A program made the position numbers and the translations under genes. A stretch of 64,000 nucleotides of DNA from Barthelona sp. PAP020. Its lineage: Eukaryota. Positions 1 through 11,121 of the stretch are shown here, in pieces (the first letter of the stretch is position 1; each line of letters opens with the position of its first letter). The stretch lies in assembly GCA_040182905.1 (NCBI GenBank), contig JARQWU010000020.1, positions 1 through 64,000 of the forward strand, in the 5' to 3' direction. The notes beneath the pieces were generated by a model. That model did no database searches. It saw only the letters and a list, made by a program, of their open reading frames with translations, and was not told the DNA's origin.

Positions 1-1
1 T

Positions 2-886
2 GAGAATATATTATTGTCAAACACTGAATTAAAATTAGCTGATTATGGTTCTTGTAGGTCCATTTATTCTGAACCTCCTTTCACTGAATATATTTCAACT
101 AGATGGTATCGTGCCCCTGAATGTTTATTAACTGATGGATATTATAATTATAAAATGGATATTTGGGGCATAGGTTGTGTTTTTTTTGAGATTGCAGCTT
201 TGTTTCCTCTATTTCCTGGATCAAATGAGTTGGATCAGATACATAGGATTCATGATGTGTTGGGAACACCGCCAAAATCGGTCTTGGACAATTTTAAAAA
301 GAACGCAACTCACATGTCTTTTGATTTTCCAATTAAGAAAGGAACTGGTATTAAAAAATTGGCTCCACATTTATCAGATGATGCGTTGGATTTATTAACA
401 AAAATGTTGGCATATGTACCAGGGGATCGAATTTCTGCAAGACAAGCGCTTAAGCATCCATTTTTCAGGGATTTACGAAATGCAGAGGCTACACCTCAAA
501 TTCCAACACCTATGAATGATGAATCGTTACCTCAAATGAATGATAAGAATAAAAGAAGTAAATCATCGATTTCAATGCATTCAGTGAATGAAAAGTTGCC
601 TCAACTCGGTATTAGTACACAAAAAGGAAGCACGTTATCCACAGCAGATGAGAAGAACGTGAATCTTGTCAGGAATCAAAACCAGGCATTGACCAAAAGT
701 AAAAAAGGAAAATCAAAATCTAAGAGTAAAGCTGTTCATATCGATCATCAAAAACAGCATCAAAAACATCAAAATCAAGTGTCTCCTGTATTTAATGTAA
801 AAGGCACAAAGATTGACATGCAAAAACAGCAAGGAAAACATGTTAAACATTCAAAGAATAATCATGTTCATATTCCACCACTATAA
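2..886 (+). CDS. MOK: MOK/RAGE-family CMGC protein kinase, 5'-truncated by window edge
   Basis: ENILL..LKLADYGSCRSIYSEPPFTEYISTRWYRAPECLLTDGYY matches the MOK activation segment (TEY); low-complexity basic C-terminal tail. Confidence 0.85.
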   Translation, partial: ENILLSNTELKLADYGSCRSIYSEPPFTEYISTRWYRAPECLLTDGYYNYKMDIWGIGCVFFEIAALFPLFPGSNELDQIHRIHDVLGTPPKSVLDNFKKNATHMSFDFPIKKGTGIKKLAPHLSDDALDLLTKMLAYVPGDRISARQALKHPFFRDLRNAEATPQIPTPMNDESLPQMNDKNKRSKSSISMHSVNEKLPQLGISTQKGSTLSTADEKNVNLVRNQNQALTKSKKGKSKSKSKAVHIDHQKQHQKHQNQVSPVFNVKGTKIDMQKQQGKHVKHSKNNHVHIPPL

Positions 887-988
887 TGCTTTGTTTTGCT
901 TTCATTTGTTTAATTCTTGTAAAAAGGATTATTCATGTAAAGTTTTTTGTTTTTTTTTTGTTGAAAGAAAAAATGGTACATCTTTACA

Positions 989-1660
989 TTAAAAATAACT
1001 TCCAGGGTTTGTTCCTGTGAGACCTGCCTTTGAATCAAAACGTTGTTTTTTTACCAAATTAGGTCGTCTTACAGTTTTTTTATGAAGAGAAGACAAATTA
1101 AGCACTTCTGTCTTTAATTTTCTTTTCCACTCATCAACAAAGTCTTCAACGTAATCTTGAAAAAGGTCAAATGCCATCGTATCATGAGGTTTTATATTTA
1201 TCGTAAATCCAGTTTTGGTTTCCAGTAAATCTTCAGCTTGATGTACTGTTATACCCTTAGAATCAATATTTTGAGCATTAAAATCATCATCATTGTCACT
1301 GGATATTTTAGGTATTTTGGCTAACAAAGTTTGAATTTCTCTTCGACTAAAATTGGGTAAATTTTTAAATCCAATTGGTAAATGTGCAATTAATTCTTTT
1401 CTTTCACTCTGTGTAGTTGTTATGGGTTTATTAGGTGCGAAATATAGAATATCATTTTCTTCTTGTTCTTGTATTAATCCCATCAATTCAACCTTATTCA
1501 AAATATGCTGATTCATATATCCTCCTCTAAGTTTTCCATCATATAAAGGTCCTTGTGCTGCAAGAATTTGAATCAAAGCTCTTGAATGACTATGATAACT
1601 TGATTCAGGAAATACAAATTCTAAAACTTGTTGAGCCGTAATTGTCAATGGAGTACACAT
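989..1660 (-). CDS. hypothetical protein (223 aa)
   Basis: ATG-started ORF filling the space between two genes; no motif recognised. Confidence 0.7.
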   Translation of the reverse strand: MCTPLTITAQQVLEFVFPESSYHSHSRALIQILAAQGPLYDGKLRGGYMNQHILNKVELMGLIQEQEENDILYFAPNKPITTTQSERKELIAHLPIGFKNLPNFSRREIQTLLAKIPKISSDNDDDFNAQNIDSKGITVHQAEDLLETKTGFTINIKPHDTMAFDLFQDYVEDFVDEWKRKLKTEVLNLSSLHKKTVRRPNLVKKQRFDSKAGLTGTNPGSYF

Positions 1661-1816
1661 AGTATGAAAAAAATATTGTTTAAAAATGCAGATTTATCAT
1701 TTATTAATTTGACAAGAATCATTCTTCACAGTAAAAATAGAGAAGAAATTGTCAAATGAAGGGAATCAATGATTGATAACAGAAAAAATGTGGCATACAT
1801 ATCTTTTTTATTAAGA

Positions 1817-2502
1817 ATGCATAGATTTTTTGGGAAAAAGAAAGAAGAAAAACCTGTTGAGGCCCCTGATTTTAGTGGATTTGCGGATAATGTTTTATAA
1901 TTTGTGGATATGAATCTAATATGTAGGTTAATCAAAGAATGGAAGGATATCAAAATCAGTTGAGAGATTGTGATGAGAAGATTAGAAATTATACTTCAAA
2001 GAAAGCTAAAGGTAAAGCAACTGCTTATGATCGCAGTATTGCTGTGCAAGCTTTGAGACAAAAGAAAATGATCGAAAAACAAATGGGTACTGTTGGTAGA
2101 CAACAGATGACGATGAACAATATGGCTTTCTCTGTTGAAAATGTAAAGAACACAATGGAAACTGTTAAGGTCATGAAACAAGTTAATCAACAGTTCCAAA
2201 GTTTTGCCAAACAATATAATGTGGATGATGTTGCTGATATTTATGATGATCTTCAAGACTCAATGGCTGATGCCAATGAATTGAATGAAATGATGGCAGA
2301 GAGCTTTGAATATGATGTTGGTATTGATGATGCCACTTTGGATGCTGAATTGGAAGAATTAGAGAATATGGGATTTGAAGATGAGATGATTGATACTGTT
2401 GTTGCCACTGGTCAAAATGTTACTCCTGTTGAAACCAATGTTAGTGTAAATTCGAGTGAAACAAAAGCTCAATCAATGTTAGATGACTTGGATTTGAATT
2501 AA
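1817..2502 (+). CDS. VPS60: ESCRT-III Snf7-family protein, Vps60/CHMP5-like (exons 1817-1891, 1927-2502)
   Basis: Exon 1 MHRFFGKKKEEKP.. splices in frame to the ORF containing A.QALRQKKM.EKQ and IDDATLDAELEEL, typical of CHMP5. Confidence 0.85.
1892..1926 (+). other. 35-nt spliceosomal intron
   Basis: GTTTTATAATTTGTGGATATGAATCTAATATGTAG: GT..AG, CTAAT branch-like motif, removal restores the frame. Confidence 0.9.
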
Positions 2503-2622
2503 TGCAGGCATTTTTTGGAATTTTTTTAAAATTTATAAATTTTTTTTTTGTTATTTTCAAACGCAATGAAAAAAGAAAAAGATCCACTGTTAAGCAGACA
2601 AAAGTTTATTTCCGTTGGGAAG

Positions 2623-5250
2623 CTAATCATGTTCAAATTGAGCCTTAATGATCCATTTCCCATTTATTAATTCAGCTATTTCATGCAATAGAGTTTTGAA
2701 AACGACCGCATCAGTATCAACAGCTCTATTACCATAACGTTGGACTAATTCATCACTTGTTGGTGGTGAGGCTCTTAAAAAATCAACCAGATTCACTAAT
2801 AGGGTCATTATGGGGTCATTTGCTTTTTTGCGGATAATTCTCAGACCATCTTTTCCTCTTAAAGTATCAAGAATGTTGTTACTGGCTAATCGCTTTTGGG
2901 CTGTTCCAATTATTTTTCTGATGGGTTCAAGTTTCCTTTTTACTTGTCCAGAAAAGTCACGAGAACCAATAGGTGTTGGCCTGAATCCATTTTGAATAAT
3001 ATCCTGCTGTTCTCTTAATTCCTGAACAGCAATTGTTGCTTGTTCCATTGCATCTTGGAAAGGTGCCGTTCCTTCATCATTAGTTATGTGAACAATAGAT
3101 GAATGCAATGCAGGTAAATTCAAAAAGCTATCGGAGTCGTCAATAACGGCAATAGAACCATCTGATGTTTCTTTGGGTTTCTGTAAATAAGCACCCGTTT
3201 CCAACGCAGTATTTGTGACTTTTGTTTCTTCACCTAAGGTAAACAAAGAACGAACCATATTTGCTTCAAAAAAACGTCGTTGTCGAGGGTTAAGAAGAAT
3301 TTGATCAACAATATTTTGCTTGAAAACCTGCTTCTGATAAATTTTCTCTTCAATTGTACCAGCAGTTAATAATCTATAGATAGTAACCTCTTGATCCTGC
3401 CCAAATCTCCAAGCACGATCTCGAGCCTGGAGATCAACTGAAGGATTCCAATCTGGGTCATAAATGATTACTTTGCTAGCGCATGACAAGTTTAATCCCA
3501 AGCTGCCAACACGAGTAGTTAGAATGAAGACTCGAGCCTGTCCATTGGTGAATCGATCAACAATTGTTGATCTTTGACTTACAGCAGTTGATCCGGACAT
3601 GCTTACATTTGAAAGTCCTAATTTATTGCACAACGAAGTTAAGATGGGTAACATGCGTTGAGATTGCGTGAAAATAAGAATTTGACAACTCTCTTTGCAC
3701 CAATGAATCAATAAGTCTCGGGTTAAACGAAGTTTTCCACACCTTTCTGGATTGCCATAGTCAGGAACATCAGTGAAAAGATAATACTTTTTGAACACGT
3801 CAGGATGACTGCAAATGGCAGCGAGTTTGGTCATACCAACAAATGCAACTTGTTTTCCTTTCAATATTGCCGTCACTTCATTGCTCTCTAAATATCTTTT
3901 ATACACTTCACGTTGAGATGGAGTGAGATTGGCAAATAATACTCTTTCATCTTTGCCAGGAATGTCAATATGGTCTGTTTTCCTACGTTTCAATAAGTAT
4001 GGGAGGATCACTGTACGTAAAGCCTGACTTTTTGCAAAAGCCTCCTTGACGAGCTCTGGTGTTGCAGAGGCATATCCTCCAGCAGTAATTGGAACTGCAA
4101 ACTCTGTTTCAAACATGCTCAAAGCACCCAAATATCCTGGTTTGACGAAATCGAAAAGGGACCAAAGTTCTTGCAATGTGTTTTGCATTGGGGAACCACT
4201 CAAGATAAATCGACAATATGTCTTCAGTTGTTTTACAGCCAAAGTAACTTGAGCTTCAGGATTCTTTATCTTGTGACCTTCATCCAGACATGCAACAGTC
4301 CAATCCACATTTATGAACCATTCTTGGTGAGCCAAAAAGGTTTCATAAGATGAGACAAACACAACTTTTTCATCATTAGTATTTGGCTTTTTTAAATTGC
4401 CAAATTGTGAATGTATGGCTTTAATGGAAAGTTCCAGATTGAATCGATCCAACCATTTTTTTGTTTCATCCAACCAATGCGATATTAATGTTGCTGGACA
4501 CAAAATAATTGCCTGCTGTAATACGTTTGTATTTGCTAATGTTAAAAGAAAGGAAATGAATTGAAGCGTCTTCCCCAAACCCATATCATCTCCTAGGATA
4601 CCTCCTGTATTATGGTTAAAAAGTGTACATAACCATCGAAGCCCCTCTTGTTGAAAGGGAAAGAGGGTTTTCCAAATGATGTTTGGGATAATCAAATCGC
4701 CCAACTGTAAATCAGCCCCTTCTTTTACTAATTGTCTTGCAATATCTTCTTGAGTCTTGACATGATGTTTTTCCGATTCCAAAGAGGCCATATTTCTGTG
4801 CAACAACGAAGAATCAATATTTTGAGGTATATTTTCATCTTGACTAATAGAAGGCTCCAACTTAGCATTCAAAACACCAAGAGCTGAACTGAAATCAATG
4901 CTTTCTCGAGTCCGGTCATTGCTTTCACTTCGTTGTTCCTTTTCTATTTGTAATATTCTATTCAATTGTTGTACTTGTTGTAATGCTCGCTTTAATTTAG
5001 ATTTTGTTTTCATAACTTCTTTTTTTCTTTCTAAAAAAGCATCATTCGATAATCCTTCATAATTACCTTCATTTTCTTCAAGAAATTTTTGATAATTTAT
5101 TATATCTTGTTGCAATTTCCGTAAATTATTGACATCTTCGGATTGAGCTGCATTAGCAACTGTTGACATGAGATTCGTTTCGAAAGAATTAACATCAATC
5201 CCATTTGAATTTTCATTTAAATTAATTTCATCAAAATTATTCTGCATCAT
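2623..5250 (-). CDS. ERCC6: SNF2-family ATPase ERCC6/CSB/Rad26 (transcription-coupled repair)
   Basis: GILGDDMGLGKT, LDEGHKIKN, LSGSPMQN..ELWSLFDF, YDPDWNPSVDLQARDRAWRFGQ, CSB-like C-terminal winged helix; first ATG at 5250. Confidence 0.9.
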   Translation of the reverse strand: MMQNNFDEINLNENSNGIDVNSFETNLMSTVANAAQSEDVNNLRKLQQDIINYQKFLEENEGNYEGLSNDAFLERKKEVMKTKSKLKRALQQVQQLNRILQIEKEQRSESNDRTRESIDFSSALGVLNAKLEPSISQDENIPQNIDSSLLHRNMASLESEKHHVKTQEDIARQLVKEGADLQLGDLIIPNIIWKTLFPFQQEGLRWLCTLFNHNTGGILGDDMGLGKTLQFISFLLTLANTNVLQQAIILCPATLISHWLDETKKWLDRFNLELSIKAIHSQFGNLKKPNTNDEKVVFVSSYETFLAHQEWFINVDWTVACLDEGHKIKNPEAQVTLAVKQLKTYCRFILSGSPMQNTLQELWSLFDFVKPGYLGALSMFETEFAVPITAGGYASATPELVKEAFAKSQALRTVILPYLLKRRKTDHIDIPGKDERVLFANLTPSQREVYKRYLESNEVTAILKGKQVAFVGMTKLAAICSHPDVFKKYYLFTDVPDYGNPERCGKLRLTRDLLIHWCKESCQILIFTQSQRMLPILTSLCNKLGLSNVSMSGSTAVSQRSTIVDRFTNGQARVFILTTRVGSLGLNLSCASKVIIYDPDWNPSVDLQARDRAWRFGQDQEVTIYRLLTAGTIEEKIYQKQVFKQNIVDQILLNPRQRRFFEANMVRSLFTLGEETKVTNTALETGAYLQKPKETSDGSIAVIDDSDSFLNLPALHSSIVHITNDEGTAPFQDAMEQATIAVQELREQQDIIQNGFRPTPIGSRDFSGQVKRKLEPIRKIIGTAQKRLASNNILDTLRGKDGLRIIRKKANDPIMTLLVNLVDFLRASPPTSDELVQRYGNRAVDTDAVVFKTLLHEIAELINGKWIIKAQFEHD

Positions 5251-5479
5251 TAAAGAATATTCCACATTTTATTGAATGAATTGCAGAAGAAAAAAATTTT
5301 CAGATTTTTTTTCTCTAACTTGGGGAAGCTATCAAATAAAATAAATAAAAATTTTGTTTTTTGGAAGATTTGAGATTAATTAATATATCTCAAAAGCATG
5401 AATAAAATATTTCTCAAGAAATCCGTGATAAGTATTTTTCTATCTTTATAACTTTATTTTTAGTCTTCTAATTTATAAC

Positions 5480-7606
5480 ATGTATGAAATAAGTATTGAT
5501 CGACAAAAAGTTGGCGAAAATAATGATCTTGCAGTTCATATTTTTGATGATCCCAATAGATTGGCAGAAAATGTTTCTGAACAAATAATATCTTTAATAT
5601 TAGAAAAAAGATGTGCTGGGGAACAATGTGTATTAGGATTACCCACTGGTTCTACGCCGAAAATCATTTATAAAAAATTGATTGAAGCACATGAAAATGG
5701 TTTATGCTTTGATAATTGTATTATTTTTAATATTACAGAATTTAAAGGAATTGAACCATTGGCAAAAGAATCGTCTTCTCATTCATTAAGAAGTATTTTC
5801 TTGGATCAAATCAATTTTCCTCTAAAACAATACTATTATCTTGATGGAAGTTGGAGTTACGAGGATATTGAAGCTAATTGTGCAAATTTTGAGTATTTGA
5901 TAAGGAAGTTTGGTGGCTTTGATTTTATTCTGTTGGGCTTAGGTAGAACTCATGGTCATATTGGGTTTAATGAAGCTGGAAGTAAGTTGGAATCAAGAAC
6001 ACGTCTTGTTGTGCTGGATGAGGTGACAAGGTTGGATATCAAGTCTAATTGGTCATCCAAAACCGAAGTTCCAAAAGAAGCATTGACTTTAGGCGTTGGC
6101 ACTATTTTGGAAGCGCGTCGTATTTTCTTAATATGCACTGGTGAACACAAGGCCTCAATTTTCAGAGAAGTTATTGAAAAAGAGCCTAGATCTGATGTGC
6201 CTGCATCATATCTGCAATTACATCCAAATGCTGTTGTATATTGTGATGATCCTTGTGCTAGTCAATTGACAAGGGTCAAATGCCCTTGGACGGCCAAGGG
6301 ATTTGATGGATGGAACGATTATGTTGCAAAGAAAGCAACTATTCATCTCGCAAAGCTGTTGAATAAGCCTATTACGCATCTATATCGCTCAGATTTTGAA
6401 AAATATTCATTTCATCGTTTGGTGCATCAATATAAGTCTTGCGATACTCTTTCTCACCTAGTTTTTTCGGATCTTTTGAATCGTGTCTGTCAATCAAAGG
6501 ATCTTCCACGTAATCAGCGAATCATTGTATTCAGTCCACATCCTGATGATGATGTGATTAGTATGGCAGGAATGCTGCAAATACTGAGAGAAAATAACAA
6601 TGATGTTACTGTTGCCTATTGTGTGAGTGGTAGTGTGGCTGTTTCTGATTCGGATTTGAGTAGGCATATTGAATTTGTTGAAAGGTTGATGGAAGAGATT
6701 AATGAAGTTGATTGCTTGAAATCAATACTCAGTAAAATTAATGAAGATGGCCAAACAAAAGGAACTTCAATGAATCAAGTTATTAAGGGGATTATTCGAC
6801 AAACAGAAGCTATTGCTGCATTAAAGGTGTTAGGATTTGATGAAAATAACGCTAGATTTTTGAATTTACCTTTCTATCATTCTGGTACCATTGGAAAGTT
6901 ACCTATTACTCAAAATGACGTAGACATTGTGTTGAATTTATTGAGAGAAATTAAACCTTTCCATATATTTGTTGCGGCTGATTTGGATCCACATGGCACC
7001 CATCAATCTTGTTTCGACATTATTAAGAGTGCTTATAATCAATACACAGACGAAATGGGTACTAAAAATACCGTCATTCAGTTGGATACACCTTCACATC
7101 TTGCCAAATCCAATTTGAATTTGGCCAGTTCAATTCAGTCTCCCTTACAAAAGCAAGAGATATTGCAAACACCTGTTATTAAGAAGGAATCGATCATGAG
7201 CTCAAAGATTGGAAGAATTTATGACACACCCATGCGTAAAAAAGTACGTCAAAACTTTTGTTTTGAAAAAGGTGCTGAAATTCACAGGTTGATTGAGGAG
7301 GCTTGTGAAGATCAACCAATTGTTTGGCAGTATCGTGGTGCTTGGAATGAATACAGCACATCTGATGCAAGTTGTTTTGTTCCTTTAACCCGTTTCCAAA
7401 GCAATCAAAAAATCAATGCAATTCAAAGACATGAAAGTCAAAAACATGGTAGTTTGTTCCCGGGTTTAGATAGTCGAGAATTTTATGAGCGTGCTAATGA
7501 CAGAAACATTCAAACGGCAAATGAATTGGATCAATTGGGTTTGCCTCAATTTTATGCGGCAGAATCGTTCATTGTTTCCAAAGGATTCATTTCAACAATA
7601 AGATAG
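5480..7606 (+). CDS. nagB: Glucosamine-6-phosphate deaminase-like (NagB) + PIG-L/LmbE deacetylase fusion
   Basis: LGLPTGSTP, GHIGFNEAGS, TLGVGTILEARRI; then FSPHPDDDVISMAG, DPHGTH, YRGAW, HESQK as in Bacteroidetes-type fusions. Confidence 0.9.
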   Translation: MYEISIDRQKVGENNDLAVHIFDDPNRLAENVSEQIISLILEKRCAGEQCVLGLPTGSTPKIIYKKLIEAHENGLCFDNCIIFNITEFKGIEPLAKESSSHSLRSIFLDQINFPLKQYYYLDGSWSYEDIEANCANFEYLIRKFGGFDFILLGLGRTHGHIGFNEAGSKLESRTRLVVLDEVTRLDIKSNWSSKTEVPKEALTLGVGTILEARRIFLICTGEHKASIFREVIEKEPRSDVPASYLQLHPNAVVYCDDPCASQLTRVKCPWTAKGFDGWNDYVAKKATIHLAKLLNKPITHLYRSDFEKYSFHRLVHQYKSCDTLSHLVFSDLLNRVCQSKDLPRNQRIIVFSPHPDDDVISMAGMLQILRENNNDVTVAYCVSGSVAVSDSDLSRHIEFVERLMEEINEVDCLKSILSKINEDGQTKGTSMNQVIKGIIRQTEAIAALKVLGFDENNARFLNLPFYHSGTIGKLPITQNDVDIVLNLLREIKPFHIFVAADLDPHGTHQSCFDIIKSAYNQYTDEMGTKNTVIQLDTPSHLAKSNLNLASSIQSPLQKQEILQTPVIKKESIMSSKIGRIYDTPMRKKVRQNFCFEKGAEIHRLIEEACEDQPIVWQYRGAWNEYSTSDASCFVPLTRFQSNQKINAIQRHESQKHGSLFPGLDSREFYERANDRNIQTANELDQLGLPQFYAAESFIVSKGFISTIR

Positions 7607-7937
7607 GTAAATTTTCTTTTGTTTAATTATGAAGAAACGTGATATAAATATTTAGATGTAAGAGGAGAATTTATTTTTTAATCATTTCGTTGAGACGTTT
7701 TTATGACATCTGTTCCCCAGTATGATTTCAATATATTCTAAAAAAAGTATTGAAAGAAAAGAAAAGAACCAACAAAAGAAGATACTGAAGACAACAAAAA
7801 GGATTTGGCGTTTTTTTCAATTTCGTTTTTGTTCATTCTTTTGATACCTTAAAAAAATAATTGAAGAAATAAAATGATGTTCTCTTATATTTATTGCAAG
7901 ATATAACAAAAAATCTTTATACTTTAATTTTTTATAG

Positions 7938-9470
7938 ATGACAAGTAATTCATCATCTCCATGGACACCAAACACATCAATAATGAGTTCTGAGATGACT
8001 ATGTCACCTTCTTTTATGGATTTTTTGCACGAAGTTGATCAATTGAAAAATGAATGTACTAAATTGAAACAAGAATTACGAATTCAACAAAATGATCATT
8101 TAGAATTAATGACTCAAACAAAAAAAGATCACTTAATAAAAATTTTAGAAGTCAAAGATGAATTAATTAAGATAAAGAAAGAAAATTCTGATTTGATACG
8201 TCGTTTAAAAGATTATGAAGGTTTATCTGATGAAAGAAATATATTACAAAATAAAATTAATGAATTAAATTTAGAGAAGAGTGAATTATTGGTCAAATTA
8301 AATAGTGTAAAGACAATCAAGCTTGATAATCACACACAAGAAATGAAAATTAATGAATTAAATGAACTGAAGAGTGAATTAAAGGAAAAAGAGAATGAAT
8401 TAAAATCAATTCTCTCAGTAAATTCCGAATTAGTTGCTGAACAGAAACGAATCGGAAGTATTATCACAGACGGACAGATGTTGAATGATTCATACGTTAT
8501 ACGTATTGAACGTTTGGAAAATGAAAACGCAGAATTATCAATTACCAATAAATCGTTGAATGAAAGGTTACGTTCACTTGAAAATATGAATAATAAAATG
8601 AAAGAAGAGCATAAAGAAACAATTCATCAATTGAATATTGAACATCAAGCTCATGTATCAAGAACTATGGATCAACAATTAAAACGCTTTACTGTTGAAC
8701 TTCAAAATGAAAAGATGCGAGCAAATGAATATATTAGTGGTTTAAAATCAAATTTCGAGACAGAAAATAGGCATTTGTCTGCTAAGCTTGATGATCTTAC
8801 TAAATTCAAAGTAAAACTGGAAGAAAATTATGACGTACTATTGAAAGAAAAGAATGCGCTCATTGTTGATCTAGCCACTATCAAGGCTGAGTTGACTGGA
8901 CAAATTACTGGTCTAAATTCTGAGGTTAGGAATAAATCTGACATTGTCAATAGTCAACAATTGAATCTTAGTATGTTAGAACAGCGTATTAAGCAATTAG
9001 AAGCAGAAAGACTAGCAAATCAAGAGAAGATTGAGACTCTTAGACTTGAAGTTATCAAAAAAGAACAACACATCAAACTGACCGGTGATTTACCTTTTGA
9101 TTACAAAAGAACAACCGATAAAAAGCTGAAAAAATTAACTAATCAGTTGGAATTGGTTAATCGTGAGTTGGAAGAGGAGAAAGAGCTAAATTTCAAATAT
9201 AAAAGTGAGATAGCTTCTCATGGAGCATTGAGTCGCTCTGAAAATTATGTTTTAGGTTTAGTACAAAAGAAGGATGAAGAAATCAGGGTGTTGGAGCAAG
9301 AGTTGGATAGTGTAAAAACAAAATTAAATGAGAAGGTTCATCAGTACAATGATGTCAAGATGGATTTGGATAAATTGATGAATGATCGAAATTCAGTCAA
9401 TGTATTGGTTCAACCTTTTTTACATAAAATGGGAGCTTCCAGTATTGCTGAATTACGACTTAAGTCATGA
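7938..9470 (+). CDS. PIBF1: Coiled-coil protein, PIBF1/CEP90-like
   Basis: Continuous coiled coil; C-terminal YVLGLVQKKDEEI...MDLDKLMNDR resembles PIBF1 YLIESVRQRDSKI...LDLEQLLNHR. Confidence 0.6.
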   Translation: MTSNSSSPWTPNTSIMSSEMTMSPSFMDFLHEVDQLKNECTKLKQELRIQQNDHLELMTQTKKDHLIKILEVKDELIKIKKENSDLIRRLKDYEGLSDERNILQNKINELNLEKSELLVKLNSVKTIKLDNHTQEMKINELNELKSELKEKENELKSILSVNSELVAEQKRIGSIITDGQMLNDSYVIRIERLENENAELSITNKSLNERLRSLENMNNKMKEEHKETIHQLNIEHQAHVSRTMDQQLKRFTVELQNEKMRANEYISGLKSNFETENRHLSAKLDDLTKFKVKLEENYDVLLKEKNALIVDLATIKAELTGQITGLNSEVRNKSDIVNSQQLNLSMLEQRIKQLEAERLANQEKIETLRLEVIKKEQHIKLTGDLPFDYKRTTDKKLKKLTNQLELVNRELEEEKELNFKYKSEIASHGALSRSENYVLGLVQKKDEEIRVLEQELDSVKTKLNEKVHQYNDVKMDLDKLMNDRNSVNVLVQPFLHKMGASSIAELRLKS

Positions 9471-9984
9471 GAGTGAAATGAGCTGTGTAGTGTCTTCAAT
9501 GCAAAAGCTTTTTATTTCGAACACATGTCATTGTTTGAGACTTTGTTTGGCTGGCATTTGTTTCGTTAATTTTGTGAGTACAAGTGAACTTTGTGGATAA
9601 ATTTATTCGTGAATTTTTTTTTTTTTTTTGAGCTGTATGATTATTTTTTGCAAGGATACCAACGATTGATGGATCCTTTGACTTCAAAAAAACATGAAAT
9701 TTCTCAAATCTTAACTTTTGGAGTTAAAGAATAAAGACCTAAAGGTCGATGTCACTGACCTTCAAGATACATATTAGTTGTTAACCCTAGTTGATCCACC
9801 AACCCGAATAAAGATTATGGTTGATTTAAGACACAAAGCCTAATTTTTAAAAAAGTAGTATTGAGGTCAGTTGAAACTGCAAAAGTACAAAACTGAAAAC
9901 TTTCCAAAACTGAATACAAATGAATTAGTGGCAAAAAAGAAAAATTCAAAAAAAAAGAAACAACAATATTTCACCTCATCAAAT

Positions 9985-11030
9985 ATGTCTTCATTTACAT
10001 TTATAGATGTCTTAGAATCACCAGAATTATAAAAAATAATCACACACCTAGACAAGGTTTCTGTCATGGGAAGTGGTTGGTAAAAATTGTTATGGGGAAA
10101 GATGATGAAGAAATTCTTGAACTCTTATTTTCTGCTCCATACAGCAAGCTTATATGAGTAAATCTGGTCAATTTTGTTGAAGGAGCAAATTTTGAATTCA
10201 ACATTGTCATCAAGCACACATGGAAAATAGTTGCTAAACATTTGTAAATGTCAAAACAAAATTTTTGCAAGAAAACAATAACGCAAATTGTTATTTTGAG
10301 ACACTGAATTTCAAAAGTTTTGGTCAAGTTGTGAAACAGCTATATTTATTTACAAAGAAAAAGTAATCAGAGAAAACTCATTGTATTAAATCTCAGCCAC
10401 AGCAAATGAGTGGCTGCAATTGAATCTCAGTCATCAAGTATGAAAATTTTGGAAAAATTTTCAATTCCTATTTTTTTGAATTTTTGCAAAAGCAAAATTT
10501 TAAAGTTTAAACTTTACCTTAGAAAATCTAAAGTTTTTCAACAGATCAATCGAGCCTCGAAAGCTTTTAATCAAATAAACATTGTTACTATTTTTCATTC
10601 ATACACATAGCCCTTCTTCTTCGTGAATCAAAGATTCTAATACTTTTCAAATTAATATTACTATTCAAGAACCTCTGTTGATCAAAGGTATAAAAGCAAA
10701 CAGCAATCAATTCATATTCACCAATCATTAAATCACAAGTCGCTGCCTTTGGTCTGAAGCAATAGGAATTGTGAAGATATGAAAGTATTTATCCATCGGT
10801 ATCTCACAACTACCCAACAGAAACAAACCAATTGTGGATTAGATTCAACCACAGTAAGCAAGAAGAAACAATAGAGATTTCACTAGGGTTGATGTACCAA
10901 GAGAAACTAAGCTCTCTTCAAAAGTTCACTGTTTGATTTTCAAAAACAAAATTGGAGGGTTTATAAAACGTGGGTTACACTTTGATCCAAACACTTCAAA
11001 TTTAAAATATGAATAGAAAGCTGGGATGAA
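9985..11030 (+). pseudogene. Possible decayed coding sequence running through repeat copy A
   Basis: Protein-like segments (MSSFTFIDVLESPEL*KIITHL; VKIVMGKDDEEILELLFSAPYSKL; LWIRFNHSKQEETIEISLGLMYQEKL) broken by stops and frameshifts. Confidence 0.3.
10320..10620 (+). repeat. Island repeat family, copy A (short type)
   Basis: Aligns by eye with 23440-23760 and the reverse complement of 13623-13944 (TTTTTGCAAAAGCAAAATTTTAAAGTTT..AGAAAATCTAAAGTTTTTCAACAGATCAAT). Confidence 0.9.
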
Positions 11031-11121
11031 GAGTTGCATGTTTTCAGTGTCATTGTTGTGTGATGATTTATCAAAAGGCTGGTGTTTTGTGAAGTCAAGT
11101 CAGTTAGGTAAAAGCATTGAA

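Noticed and set aside
41..49. DYG instead of DFG in the MOK kinase
   Set aside because: Conservative variant seen in active kinases; the catalytic Asp is retained
7046..7312. Intein in the NagB fusion
   Set aside because: No N-terminal Cys/Ser block, no terminal His-Asn followed by Cys/Ser/Thr
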